DNA of 64,000 nt from an uncultured virus (IMG/VR IMGVR_UViG_3300032285_000913) (Duplodnaviria > Heunggongvirae > Uroviricota > Caudoviricetes): IMG/VR virus record IMGVR_UViG_3300032285_000913, one strand, 5' to 3'. Below are positions 9,756 to 20,500 of this stretch, piece after piece. Within the stretch, counting starts at the first letter, position 1. Every line of letters starts with the position of its first letter. Both the position numbers and the translations under genes were made by a program. Under the pieces are notes generated by a model. That model did not search any database and had not been told where the DNA came from. It was given only the letters and a program-made list of their open reading frames with translations.

Positions 9756-10922
9756 ATGGAAATATTGAGAGTTCCGCCATATCCAATTTCAACCAAATGG
9801 GATGTTCCTGCTGCAAATGCACCATACATCTTTGAAGTTGAGGATATGGTGGACCACTCAATTGAAAGAACTTCCCTAACATCTGATTCAAATAAACAAG
9901 TTACATATGTTATTCCAAGAGCAAAGGCTCAGTTTGACCGTGATTTTGCTGTTAAGATTTATGAAACAGATGTTTATGGAGAAATTGTAGTAGAATCAAA
10001 CCTAACAATTTATCGTCCATATGTAGACCCAAATCTATTGGCTACAACAACAGCAGATATTTTTGCTTATCAAGAATATGAAATCATTGCTCGTTCTATT
10101 ATTGATACCTATCTACAAGAAGGTTCAGGAACTGGTGGTGCTTTCTATAACCACAAACTTATTATCCAACGTACAGGTGAGGGTAACGACTATTTCCCTG
10201 TATGGCATCCAGTAAACCGTGTATTAAAAGTATACGAAAACAACGTCCTAGTTTATGATGCAGAAAATACCCCTATTGGTATTGCAATTCAGAATGTAAA
10301 TGTCACCAGCGGTGTCCTGACGCTTACTACGACCATTACACATGGCTTCCAGGCTGGGCAAACTGTAACAATTTCGGGGGTAACTCCAACTAAGTTCAAT
10401 GGTACTTTTTATGTAACTGGAACACCAACTGCCACTACATTTACAGTAGACAATACAAATATTGCTGCTACAAATAATGAAGCAATCACGGCTCGTGGTG
10501 GAGTAGAATCGGTATGGGCTTACCAATACAAACCATCACTAGATAACTCAGCAATTATGCGTATGGAGTTTGGCGAGTACAATCGTATGGAGCAGACACC
10601 TCTAAACCTGCCAGGTGGAGTTGGAGATATTGGTTTTTACGGTTATTATCCAATTGCTTTTCCAAAAGGTTATGACTACATCTTTATTGTAGATGCTGGG
10701 TATAAGGCTGTTCCACCAGACGTAGAACTTGCAATCAAGATGCTCATTGAAGATATCAAGTGTGGTAACAATGATTACTACAACCGTTTTGTAACTGAGT
10801 ATAGCACTGACCAATTTGATATTAAATTTGCCCCACAATTCTTGGAGGGTACTGGCAACATGATTGTAGATAAAATCCTAAGCAACTATAAGGGTAATCT
10901 AATCAAGCCAGGGTTACTATAA
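9756..10922 (+). CDS. Head-to-tail adaptor with an inserted beta-rich (FCCH-like) module
   Basis: EIIARSIIDTY...AGYKAVPPDVELAIKMLI; insertion LTTTITHGFQAGQTVTISGVTPTKFNGTFYV. Confidence 0.75.
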   Translation: MEILRVPPYPISTKWDVPAANAPYIFEVEDMVDHSIERTSLTSDSNKQVTYVIPRAKAQFDRDFAVKIYETDVYGEIVVESNLTIYRPYVDPNLLATTTADIFAYQEYEIIARSIIDTYLQEGSGTGGAFYNHKLIIQRTGEGNDYFPVWHPVNRVLKVYENNVLVYDAENTPIGIAIQNVNVTSGVLTLTTTITHGFQAGQTVTISGVTPTKFNGTFYVTGTPTATTFTVDNTNIAATNNEAITARGGVESVWAYQYKPSLDNSAIMRMEFGEYNRMEQTPLNLPGGVGDIGFYGYYPIAFPKGYDYIFIVDAGYKAVPPDVELAIKMLIEDIKCGNNDYYNRFVTEYSTDQFDIKFAPQFLEGTGNMIVDKILSNYKGNLIKPGLL

Positions 10923-11371
10923 TGGCTACTTGTGAAAAAACAGATTTTACTTACCCACTACTTGCTGACGTATATTACCCAGTTGTAGATACTGGTGCTT
11001 ATGGAAATTTAAAAAAGACTTGGGTTTTGGATAGAACTATTGCTTGTGCATTTAATCCAGCAGGTTTAAAAAATAAAAAAGATGTAAATACAGAAGCGAA
11101 TATTAACATTGACAACTCTATTGCTGGAAGAGTTCGTACAGACATTACACAGTCAACAACTGAGTCACTTTACTCAATGACCAATATCATAATTACAAAT
11201 ATCCGTGATAAAAATGGAAACCTAATCTATAATGAAAGTGCTGGTCCACGTTCTGGCAAAGCAACATTATTTGAAGTAGCAACTCTAAATCCTGTTGTAG
11301 GAGCGTTTGCCAAAACAGAATATTATAAACTTATTCTTAGACGTTCCGAAAACCAGGCGATAGACCTATGA
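10922..11371 (+). CDS. Putative head-to-tail stopper
   Basis: Synteny, size, GAYGNLKKTW motif. Confidence 0.6.
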   Translation: MATCEKTDFTYPLLADVYYPVVDTGAYGNLKKTWVLDRTIACAFNPAGLKNKKDVNTEANINIDNSIAGRVRTDITQSTTESLYSMTNIIITNIRDKNGNLIYNESAGPRSGKATLFEVATLNPVVGAFAKTEYYKLILRRSENQAIDL

Positions 11372-12048
11372 ATGTAGAATTTGATTTTAAAAATTTAGTA
11401 GGAAATTTAAATAACCTAACACAATACTCTATTGGATTTTTGGATGGGGTAAAAGCAGCGGAACCAGAAATTTTAAATAATTTTGGTAAATCAATTATAG
11501 ATTCAATGAAAAACTTTATTGACACAAATGCTAGAATAGACCCACAAATATTGCACCATGTATATGAATGGTATCAGACTGGCTCACCAGAAGCAAGACT
11601 GTTTAACCTTGATTATATAATTCAGGGAAATGATACGTTATCATTTAATTATACATTTTCTCAATCAATGTCATATTCCAAAGATTCTACAACCCCATTT
11701 TATGATAAAGCAAACATTATGGAAAATGGAACCCCAGTAATTATTAGACCAAAAAGTGCTGGAGTTCTTTCTTTTCAAGATGGAACAGAACAAGTATTTA
11801 CCAAAAAATCAATAGTTGTTGAAAATCCAGGAGGCTCTGGAGTGCAGGGTGGATTTGAAAAAACAATTAAAAACTTTTTTGATAGTTACTTTACTCAATC
11901 TTTCCTTTTATCTAGTGGCATTCTTGACCACTTTAAAGATGTTAAGATATATAAAGAGAATGCTTTAGCAGGTTCAAAAGAAGGAAAAACATTAGGTTTT
12001 AAAATTGGCTACGAATGGGCAGCGAAAGGTGGTAAAATAGTAGAATGA
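11368..12048 (+). CDS. Putative neck/tail completion protein
   Basis: Synteny between stopper and tail terminator. Confidence 0.55.
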   Translation: MNVEFDFKNLVGNLNNLTQYSIGFLDGVKAAEPEILNNFGKSIIDSMKNFIDTNARIDPQILHHVYEWYQTGSPEARLFNLDYIIQGNDTLSFNYTFSQSMSYSKDSTTPFYDKANIMENGTPVIIRPKSAGVLSFQDGTEQVFTKKSIVVENPGGSGVQGGFEKTIKNFFDSYFTQSFLLSSGILDHFKDVKIYKENALAGSKEGKTLGFKIGYEWAAKGGKIVE

Positions 12049-12569
12049 GTAAAACATCTATTCTTAATACACCTGTGTTATGGGTCAATGCCTACCTTCA
12101 GGAAAAGTTGGAAGGGCTAGGTTTTGACACCGTACCATTCTTTCCAACTACGCCATCTACAATTAACGATGTTACAGAATACTTTCCTCCTGGTGGCGTA
12201 ATGTGCACATATGATAGATTAATTCGTATGCGTAAATCAGCATTCCCACACATTAAATGTGAAGAGTTACTATATTACTTTTATGCAACTGCTGAAAATT
12301 CAATCATTAACATGATTAAAATCACCGAAAAGGTTAATAGACTTATGGACCGTGAAGATGAAACTGCAGAAGAACTAAATGATTGGTGTAGGAAAAAAGG
12401 GTCTATCCTTGTCGAAGGCGAGACCATTCAGCCTAATTTTAGATTCCATAACTTCAAGGTCTTCCAACTTCAGGAAACCAGAGATATTGTCAACTTTGGC
12501 ACAGCCAGAACCTATGGCGGTAACAAGATTATCATCTATTATGACTACACAATGCTCCAATTAGACTAA
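12045..12569 (+). CDS. Putative tail terminator
   Basis: Synteny, immediately before the tail tube gene. Confidence 0.5.
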   Translation: MSKTSILNTPVLWVNAYLQEKLEGLGFDTVPFFPTTPSTINDVTEYFPPGGVMCTYDRLIRMRKSAFPHIKCEELLYYFYATAENSIINMIKITEKVNRLMDREDETAEELNDWCRKKGSILVEGETIQPNFRFHNFKVFQLQETRDIVNFGTARTYGGNKIIIYYDYTMLQLD

Positions 12570-12646
12570 TGCTTAAAAGCATGGTATACTAATACAGAGG
12601 AAACACCGTCCATATATTTCTAAAATGAAAATGAGGTGAAATAAAT

Positions 12647-13414
12647 ATGGCTTATACAAGAGGTACAAATACTAACATTATCGTTGGTGCTGCTGCTCTT
12701 TTCGTTACTAACGATGCAAACACCCTAGACGCTTCTAGCGTTCCTGGCTTCATCGGTGGTGAATCATTCCGTGAGACTCTCTCACTACGTTACAGCGGTT
12801 CATTCCGCAACGTTGGTTACACCAACAACGGTCTAGAAATTCAGTTCCAGCCAGATTTCGGTGAAGTTATGGTAGACCAACTACTAGACACCGCCAAAAT
12901 CTTCAAGCAGGGCATGAAGGTTACACTTAAGACTACTCTTGCTGAAGCGACTCTGGAGAACCTTCTCCTAGCAATCGCTGGTAAGAAGAGCGACTTTGGT
13001 GTTGCTAACCTTGGTACATCTGCTGAGGCTAACTACCTACAGTCACTTGGTGCTGCTCCTTCAACAGGAACCGCTGCAACAACTGCTGGTGTAGGTACAA
13101 CCCTACCAACAGGTGTAACAACTGCTGCAGTTGAGACTTACCTGAACCTAACTTCAGGTGACCTTGGCGATTACCCAATCGAACGTGGTATCATTGCAAT
13201 CGGTCCTGGCGTTGGAAACAAGGATGGAATCGATGCAGGTTCACCTAACGTTACCGACCAGGCAGAGCGTGTCTACATTGCATACCGTGCTGTGTCAATT
13301 GACTCAGTTACTGTTTCTGCAAAGCGTGACGCTGCAACTGCTTTCGAAGTATCATTCCGTCTGCTCCCAGACAACAATGGTTCTTACGGTAAGATTGTTG
13401 ACCGCACTTACTAA
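12647..13414 (+). CDS. Major tail (tube) protein
   Basis: NIIVGAAALF, VGYTNNGL, VDQLLD, TLAEATLENL; high-expression codon bias; followed by a terminator. Confidence 0.85.
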   Translation: MAYTRGTNTNIIVGAAALFVTNDANTLDASSVPGFIGGESFRETLSLRYSGSFRNVGYTNNGLEIQFQPDFGEVMVDQLLDTAKIFKQGMKVTLKTTLAEATLENLLLAIAGKKSDFGVANLGTSAEANYLQSLGAAPSTGTAATTAGVGTTLPTGVTTAAVETYLNLTSGDLGDYPIERGIIAIGPGVGNKDGIDAGSPNVTDQAERVYIAYRAVSIDSVTVSAKRDAATAFEVSFRLLPDNNGSYGKIVDRTY

Positions 13415-13430
13415 AATTTAATAGTGTGAG

Positions 13431-13467
13431 ACTGCCCTGGGTTTGTTCCTAGGGCAGTTTCTTTTTT
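13431..13467 (+). terminator. Intrinsic terminator
   Basis: ACTGCCCTGGG...CCTAGGGCAGT followed by TTCTTTTTT. Confidence 0.85.
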
Positions 13468-13481
13468 GGTATACTTATATA

Positions 13482-14189
13482 ATGCCTACACAAATATACG
13501 AAACTCACGAAATTATTATTGGAGATGGAACAGTATTAGAAATAAGTCCATTAAAGATTAAATATTTAAAACAATTTATGGACAAGTTTGAAATATTAAA
13601 AAATGCTAACAATGATGATGATGCTATTAGCATATTAGTTGATTGTGTCAGAATAGCCATGAAACAATATTGTCCAGAAATTAAAACATATGGCGATGTT
13701 GAAGATAAATTTGCTTTACCAGATATCTACACTGTCGTAGAACTTGCAGCAGGTATTCGTGTGGGAAGAACTGAGAAAAATTCAAAAGAAAAACCAAAAG
13801 GTGTAGATTTAAATAAAGATGATTCTTGGGAAAATTTAGATTTAGCAAAATTAGAGTCAGAAGTATTTGTTCTAGGTATGTGGAAGAACTATGAGGATTT
13901 AGAGACCAGTATTTGCATGCCAGAATTAATGGCAATCATTGAATCAAAAAGAGACCTTGATTATAATGAAAGAAAATTTTTAGCAGCAATGCAGGGTGTA
14001 GACCTAGACGAAGCAAGTGGCAAGAAAGATGCAGATGCTTGGGAAGCCATGAAAGCCAGGGTAGCATCAAAGGTGTCTGGAATTGGTAATGGAGACCCCA
14101 ATGATATCCTATCTCTACAAGGACAAAAAGCAGCCCAGGCTGGCTTTGGCATTGGAATGGGACTTGACTATGAAGTTGTCTCAGGATAA
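13482..14189 (+). CDS. Tail assembly chaperone, long (GT-like) form
   Basis: Real start probably ATG 13482, 6 nt after TGGTATACT (the track start lies inside the terminator); N-terminal ~95 aa paralogous to 14233..14559. Confidence 0.7.
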   Translation: MPTQIYETHEIIIGDGTVLEISPLKIKYLKQFMDKFEILKNANNDDDAISILVDCVRIAMKQYCPEIKTYGDVEDKFALPDIYTVVELAAGIRVGRTEKNSKEKPKGVDLNKDDSWENLDLAKLESEVFVLGMWKNYEDLETSICMPELMAIIESKRDLDYNERKFLAAMQGVDLDEASGKKDADAWEAMKARVASKVSGIGNGDPNDILSLQGQKAAQAGFGIGMGLDYEVVSG

Positions 14190-14232
14190 CTTTGTTTATG
14201 TTATAATTGTTTAGAAACCATAAGGAGGATTC

Positions 14233-14559
14233 ATGTCTACAACTATCAATGAAACCAAAACTGTAGAACTATTGGATGGTACAGTAATTACTGTTCGTCC
14301 ACTTAAAATCTCACTTCTTCGCCCTTTTATGACAAAGTTCGAAAAGATTGCTGAAGTTGCAGAGAACAACGAAAAGTCAATGACTCTTCTAATGGAGTGT
14401 GTTCAGATTGCTCTGAAACAGTACGCTCCTGAAAAAGCCGAGGACCTAAAGGCACTAGAGGACAACGTGGACCTACCAACTGTTTACAAGATTATCGAAG
14501 AAGCATCTGGTATTAAACTTAGTGAAGCCTCGCTAATTGGTGGTCTAATTAACGGCTAA
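14233..14559 (+). CDS. Tail assembly chaperone, short (G-like) form
   Basis: SD AAGGAGG; directly before tape measure; paralog of the upstream gene. Confidence 0.7.
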   Translation: MSTTINETKTVELLDGTVITVRPLKISLLRPFMTKFEKIAEVAENNEKSMTLLMECVQIALKQYAPEKAEDLKALEDNVDLPTVYKIIEEASGIKLSEASLIGGLING

Positions 14560-14578
14560 TAAAAGCGGTGTAAGTTGA

Positions 14579-17500
14579 ATGGCTGATATTGAGACTAATG
14601 TAAAAGTAAATATAGATACGTCAGATGCTCTGGCGCAACTAAAACTTTTGCAACAGCAAATATCAGCCTTTCAGCAAGCCATGCGAAAAGCAGGTGCTGA
14701 CAACGCTGCTGCTGCACGAGCAATGCAGCAAAACCTTGTAAACTCTATCAATGCAACTGGTAAGTTTCAGGCAAACATTCAAACAATTCAAACAAGTGCA
14801 GAACGCTTTACAACAGCACTTGAAAAGAACAAACTCACAATGGGTGAGTACTTCCGCTATGCAGGTGGAGCATCAAAAACTTTTGGTAAACTTTTTAAAT
14901 CTGAATTTGAAACAATTAATCAGGTAGCACTTGACAGAGTAAAAACAATCCAAACGCAATACATCAAACTAGGACGTGATGCTTCTGGTGCGATGAAAGC
15001 AATTTCTGTAAGACCACTAGCCCTTGACCTAAATGACCTTGGTACTAAAACTCAAATTGCTGCACAAAGACAAGCACTATTTAACCAGTTAATGAAACAG
15101 GGTTCTACCCAACTTCTAAACTTTGGTAAAAACACTCAGTGGGCAGGTCGCCAACTTATGGTTGGTTTTACAGTACCACTAACGATGGCTGGTTCTGCTG
15201 CTGCTAAAGCATATATGCAAATTGAACAGGCTTCTGTAAAGTTTAAGCGTGTATATGGAGATATGCAAACTACCGCAGAAGAAGCCAATAAGATGGCTAA
15301 AGCGGTTCAGGGATTGGCTACACAATTTACCCAATATGGAGTTGCTGTTGCAGATACTATGGACATGGCAGCAAATGCTGCTGCAATGGGTAAAACTGGC
15401 TCAGACTTACTTGCACAGGTAAATGAAGCAGCCAAACTTTCAGTTCTCGGCGGTGTTGACCAAAATAAAGCATTGCAAACCACAATCAGTTTGACAAATG
15501 CATTCGGAACAGCAGCAGACAAACTATCTGGAAAAGTTAACTTCTTAAACGCAGTAGAAAACCAAACAGTACTATCCATTGAAGATTTGACTACTGCTAT
15601 TCCAAAGGCTGCCCCAGTTGTTAAGCAACTTGGTGGTAGCGTAGAAGACCTAGCCTTCTTTATGACAGCAATGAAAGAAGGTGGCATTAATGCATCCGAA
15701 GGTGCTAACGCACTTAAGTCTGGTTTAGCATCTATGATTAATCCAACTAAGCAAGCATCTGACTTTCTTGCTGGTTTTGGAATCAACGTTAAATCAATTG
15801 TTAATCAAGATAAAGGAAATGTTAAACAAACCGTTATTGATATGGCTAAGGCTTTTGATACGCTTGACCCACTAAATCGTTCTCGTGCTATCGAAATGAT
15901 GTTTGGAAAGTTCCAATTCTCTCGTATTTCAACATTGTTTAAAAACGTAATTGACCAAGGTAGTCAGGCAAATAAGGTTGCAGGTCTAGCAAATTCAACT
16001 GCAGAAGAACTAGCCATTCTATCAGAACGAGAACTAAAAAAGATTTCAGATTCTCCTATGTACAAGTTCCAAAAATCAATTGAGGAAATGAAGGCTAAGT
16101 TAGCACCAGTAGGAGAAGCCTTCCTTAAGGCTGTTACTCCAATCATCAACTTTGTATCTAAAATCCTTGATGGGTTTAATAACCTTAGCGAAGGCTCTAA
16201 AAAGTTTATTACTATTTTAGTAACTGCAGTAGCAGGTATTGGTCCGCTATTGCTAATGTCATTCGGTCTGATTTCAAACGGTATTGCTAACATTATGAAA
16301 CTATTTACTAACCTAAAGAGTTTCCTAAATAGAACAGGCAATAGAACTAATATTCTTGGTGAGCAAACCCAGTATATGAATACAGAGCAACTAAAGGGTG
16401 CTGCTATTGCATCATCTCTTGACCAGGCTCACGCAAAACTTCGTCAAACATTTACATCTGAAACAACAGCAATTAATGATTTGACAACAGCATATAGAAA
16501 TGCTATTCAGGCTCAACAGGCTTTTGCTGGCGTTCCAAACGTTCCTGTTGGTAATCCAAATGCAACACCTGCAAACACACCTACTCCATCTCCTAAAAAA
16601 TATGCTACTGGTGTTTCTATGGTTCCTGGTCCAAATGGTGCAGGTGACATTGTTCCAGCACTACTATCACCTGGAGAAGCAGTTATTCCTGCTGCCTCAG
16701 CCAAAAAGTATGCACCAGTAATTAGAGGAATGATTGCTGGCAACCTTCCAGGTTTTGAGACTGGTACTGCTGGTGCAGGAATGCGTCAAAGCATCTATGG
16801 TCCACTAACCCAAAAACAAACTGAAGGTTTGGGTCGCACAGGTCTTCAACTAAAAGAAATTAGCGATGAAGTTATGGCTGGTCCATATGGAAATGTGCCA
16901 CCAACTGATTTTGGTACACAAATTTCTCCAACTAGTGGTCACTCATTCCCTGCCTTTGAGGTAGGTGGCATTTATCAAAAGCCAGATGGTACAAAGGTAT
17001 TTGTTAAGCCACAAATGAATCTAGCATCTGCTTTGGCAGAAGTTCGTGGAACAGAAATTGCTCGTGGTGCTCATGGTCTTGTGTCACCTCAGCAACAGAT
17101 TCGTGTAATGATGGACCCAACAGACCCAGACCATAAGCGTAGGTTTATTGTTCTTGAATCCCCACTAGACGAAAGACTTGCAAATGTTCCAAAAACATTT
17201 AGCAATAAAGATTATTTCACACAACTTGTAGCATCACTTCTTCGTGGAGATAAAGACCTTGGCATTGGCAATCTTGGTGGTAATGTTCTTGCCGATGTTG
17301 GAACTGCTGGTGTATTCCAAAGAGCATCTGGAAAACGTGAACTTGGTGCAAAGATTAATTCAATGGAAGAACAAGCCATTATTAATCTTCTTGGTGTAAA
17401 GGGCGGTGCTAAGAGATTCTTTGCTGAAGCAACATCTGAACAAGTATCAAAGATGACTCCTGCACAATATGATGCAGCAATGAAAGCAGAAATTCAAAGA

Positions 17501-20500
17501 GTAATTCCAAAACTTCAGTCTACTATTGCTGGATTTGGTCCAATGTCACCAGAAGAAAAGGCTGCGTATGCGGAAATGCAACAAAGACTTGAGGCTGGTT
17601 TGGGTGTTGACTGGGGTAAGTATCAAGTTATGCACTCTGCAGTTAAACCAAAACTATTTAATGGCGGAACAACTGGAGATGCAGCACTAGATGCTAAATT
17701 AGCAACACTAAGCACAGCACAACTTGGACAACTCCTTGTTGGTGGTATTCAGGAAACCCACGCCTTTGGTGGGTTGGACCCTAAAGACCCAAAGATTCAA
17801 GCAGAACTAAAGAGAGTATATAAAAACTCAACACCAGAAGATTTCACAAACTTTGAAGTTCTCAGTAACCTGACAATGACTATGCCAGGTAAACTAAACC
17901 AGCAAATTAAAGAAGCAAATGGTGGTATGCCAGGAAGTCTATTTGCTGAAATCTATAATTCATTCTTTGGAAAATTAGCAAAAACTGCAAGAATGGCAGG
18001 AGTTAAAGACCTATCACAATCACAACAATTAGAAAATATGATTGGTCAAAGACTATCAGCACTACCATTGATTAAAGATAAAATTTTTGCTAAAAACGTT
18101 GAAGACTTTTTAAGTAACAAATCTGGAGAAAACTCGCCACTTGGTGGTGCTGCAGAACTTATTTGGGCTAGGTCAAATCAAGTTGGAACTGTTCGTTCAA
18201 AGTTTGAAAGAGGAGTTGGCGAAAGTAACCACGACCTAATTCTAGGTATGCTAAGACGCAATGAAATTGGATTTAATGCAACTGCCAGCAGTCTTGACAC
18301 ACCATTCGGTGCTCGCCTTGGTAGATGGGCATTAGATTCATTTGGTAGCGATGGTGCATCAGCAACTCCAAAAGAAAAAGAAATTAGAAGAAGAGCACAA
18401 GAAGCGTACAGGGCTTGGGCTGCAGCAGGTAACTATTCTGGAAATATGCCAACAGCACCACAAGACTTGCTTCCAGATAAGAATGGTAACTTTGGACCAC
18501 AATCAGAAGGAACTAAGTTTAAACCAATTAAATTTAAGACCAATAGTGATAGACCAGGAGCATTTAGCACTAAGGGTCAGCCAGCATATGACTCAACAGC
18601 AAAAGAATTTTCTAATGAAGGTCTATTTGGTATTGTTGCTGGTAGTCTATCAACACTTATGGGCAACGGATACATTGACCCAACCGCTGCTAAGAAATTT
18701 GGTATCCCTGGATTTGCATTAGGAACTGAAAATGTTGGCGGAGTTTCTAAAGTTAAGCCAAAGGCTTCTGTATTTGACATTGACGATACCCTACTTGATT
18801 TATCATCTTTTATGCCAGCACACCAAGCAGCAAACGAAAAACTGCCTGTAGAACAAAGAACTAAATGGCACAAAGAAGTTGCTAAAAACCCTCAGCCAAT
18901 TCCTGCAGGTATTGCAGCACTAAAGGCTGCTCAGGCTAGGGGTAACAAGATTATCCTTATGACTGCTCGCCCTGATTCATATGACCCACATACTATTGAA
19001 ACTTTGACAAAACTTGGCATTGACATGAAAGGTATCAAGTTAGTATCTAGAAGAGACAAAGACTACCGTAAACCGTGGCAGATGAAGTATGACAAAACAT
19101 CAGCATTCATGAAGTATTACGATATTGAAGAGTTTTATGACGACATGCCAGAAACTCGTGGTGCTATTAGTCTTCTAAATATTCCTACATATGACCCACT
19201 AAAACTTGCTAATGGAGTATTCTCAGTACCTGGTCCAAAGGGTGCTGGAGATGTTGTTCCTGCTATGCTATCTCCAGGAGAGGCTGTAATCCCTGCTGAC
19301 AAGGCTCAACAACACCGTGGACTTATTTCACAAATGATTAAGGGAAGTCTTCCAGGATTTGCCAACGGAACAATTGTGCCAGGATATAGCAGTGGAACTG
19401 GAGATGTTTCTGGATTCCCTCTAGAAAAATATAGCGAAACAAACCCACTTCCTGTAGTGCTTATGGAGGACAAATCAAAGGGTACTGAAATTCCAGATTT
19501 GAGTGGTAAAGAAAGTGGTGGTGGAGAAACTGGTGGTGAAGGTGATACAACTGGAACCACTAAGACACCAAACAAGTTTATGTCTGGACTTGAAAGTGCA
19601 AAGACAAAACTATTTACACAGGGTGCTGGCACAGCCAAAGTTGGCAAATATGTTCGTGGTGCTGCAGTCGCTGCAGGTATTGCTGCTACCATGCCAGGTC
19701 CTATTGGTGATATTGGTAAGGCTGCTGTAGGTCCTATTGGTGCTGCTGCATCAGCAATGTCCATGATTCCTGGTCCTGCTGGTATGGTTGTTGGTGCTTT
19801 GATGGCACTTGTTACTATTGGTATTCAACTCAATACTGCACTTACAGAAGCAAGAAAGAAAACTGTAGACTTTGTAGAATCAATTGGTACTGGTAATAAA
19901 GCAATGATGAAATTTGAAAATTTTGCAAAGAGTGTAAGTGCATCAGAAATTATGGATAGAAAACGTGCAGAAGCATTTAGTCCATATCAAATTAAACCAG
20001 GCAAACAAACATTTGGCTCTAGTTATATGCAAACTGAAGATGGAAAAGCCTTGGTTAAGGTAATTTCCGAAGCACAATCAAAGGGTGGTAATGCAGAAGC
20101 ACAGAGGGCACTTACAGAACAACTTAGTGCAGCAGTTTCATCTGGTGTGCTTAAAGCAGACCAAGCAAGAAGCATTGCTGGAAACGTTGGTGCTCAAATG
20201 GGTAACCAAACTTTGGGTATTGGAGCAGCATCAACACTACTTAATATTTATGGTCCAAACGGTGAAAATCTTGCCAAAGAACCTCTAAAACTTAGACTGC
20301 AAGTTGCTAAAGATTCAGAAGTTCAACTTGCAAAGTCAATTGATAACATGCAACAACACAGCCTAATGAATGCAGAAGAGGGTCTAAAGACTGCTGGGCA
20401 AATGGTTCAGACTCAATTTGTTATTCCAATGACCGCTGCTTCTGGCAAGGGAAATATCTTTAAATCACTAGTTGAGGGTAACTCAATTGCTGTTACTGCA

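Noticed and set aside
13482..14578. Classical -1 frameshift in the tail chaperone genes
   Set aside because: No convincing slippery heptamer with an overlapping downstream frame; the long form is a continuous ORF
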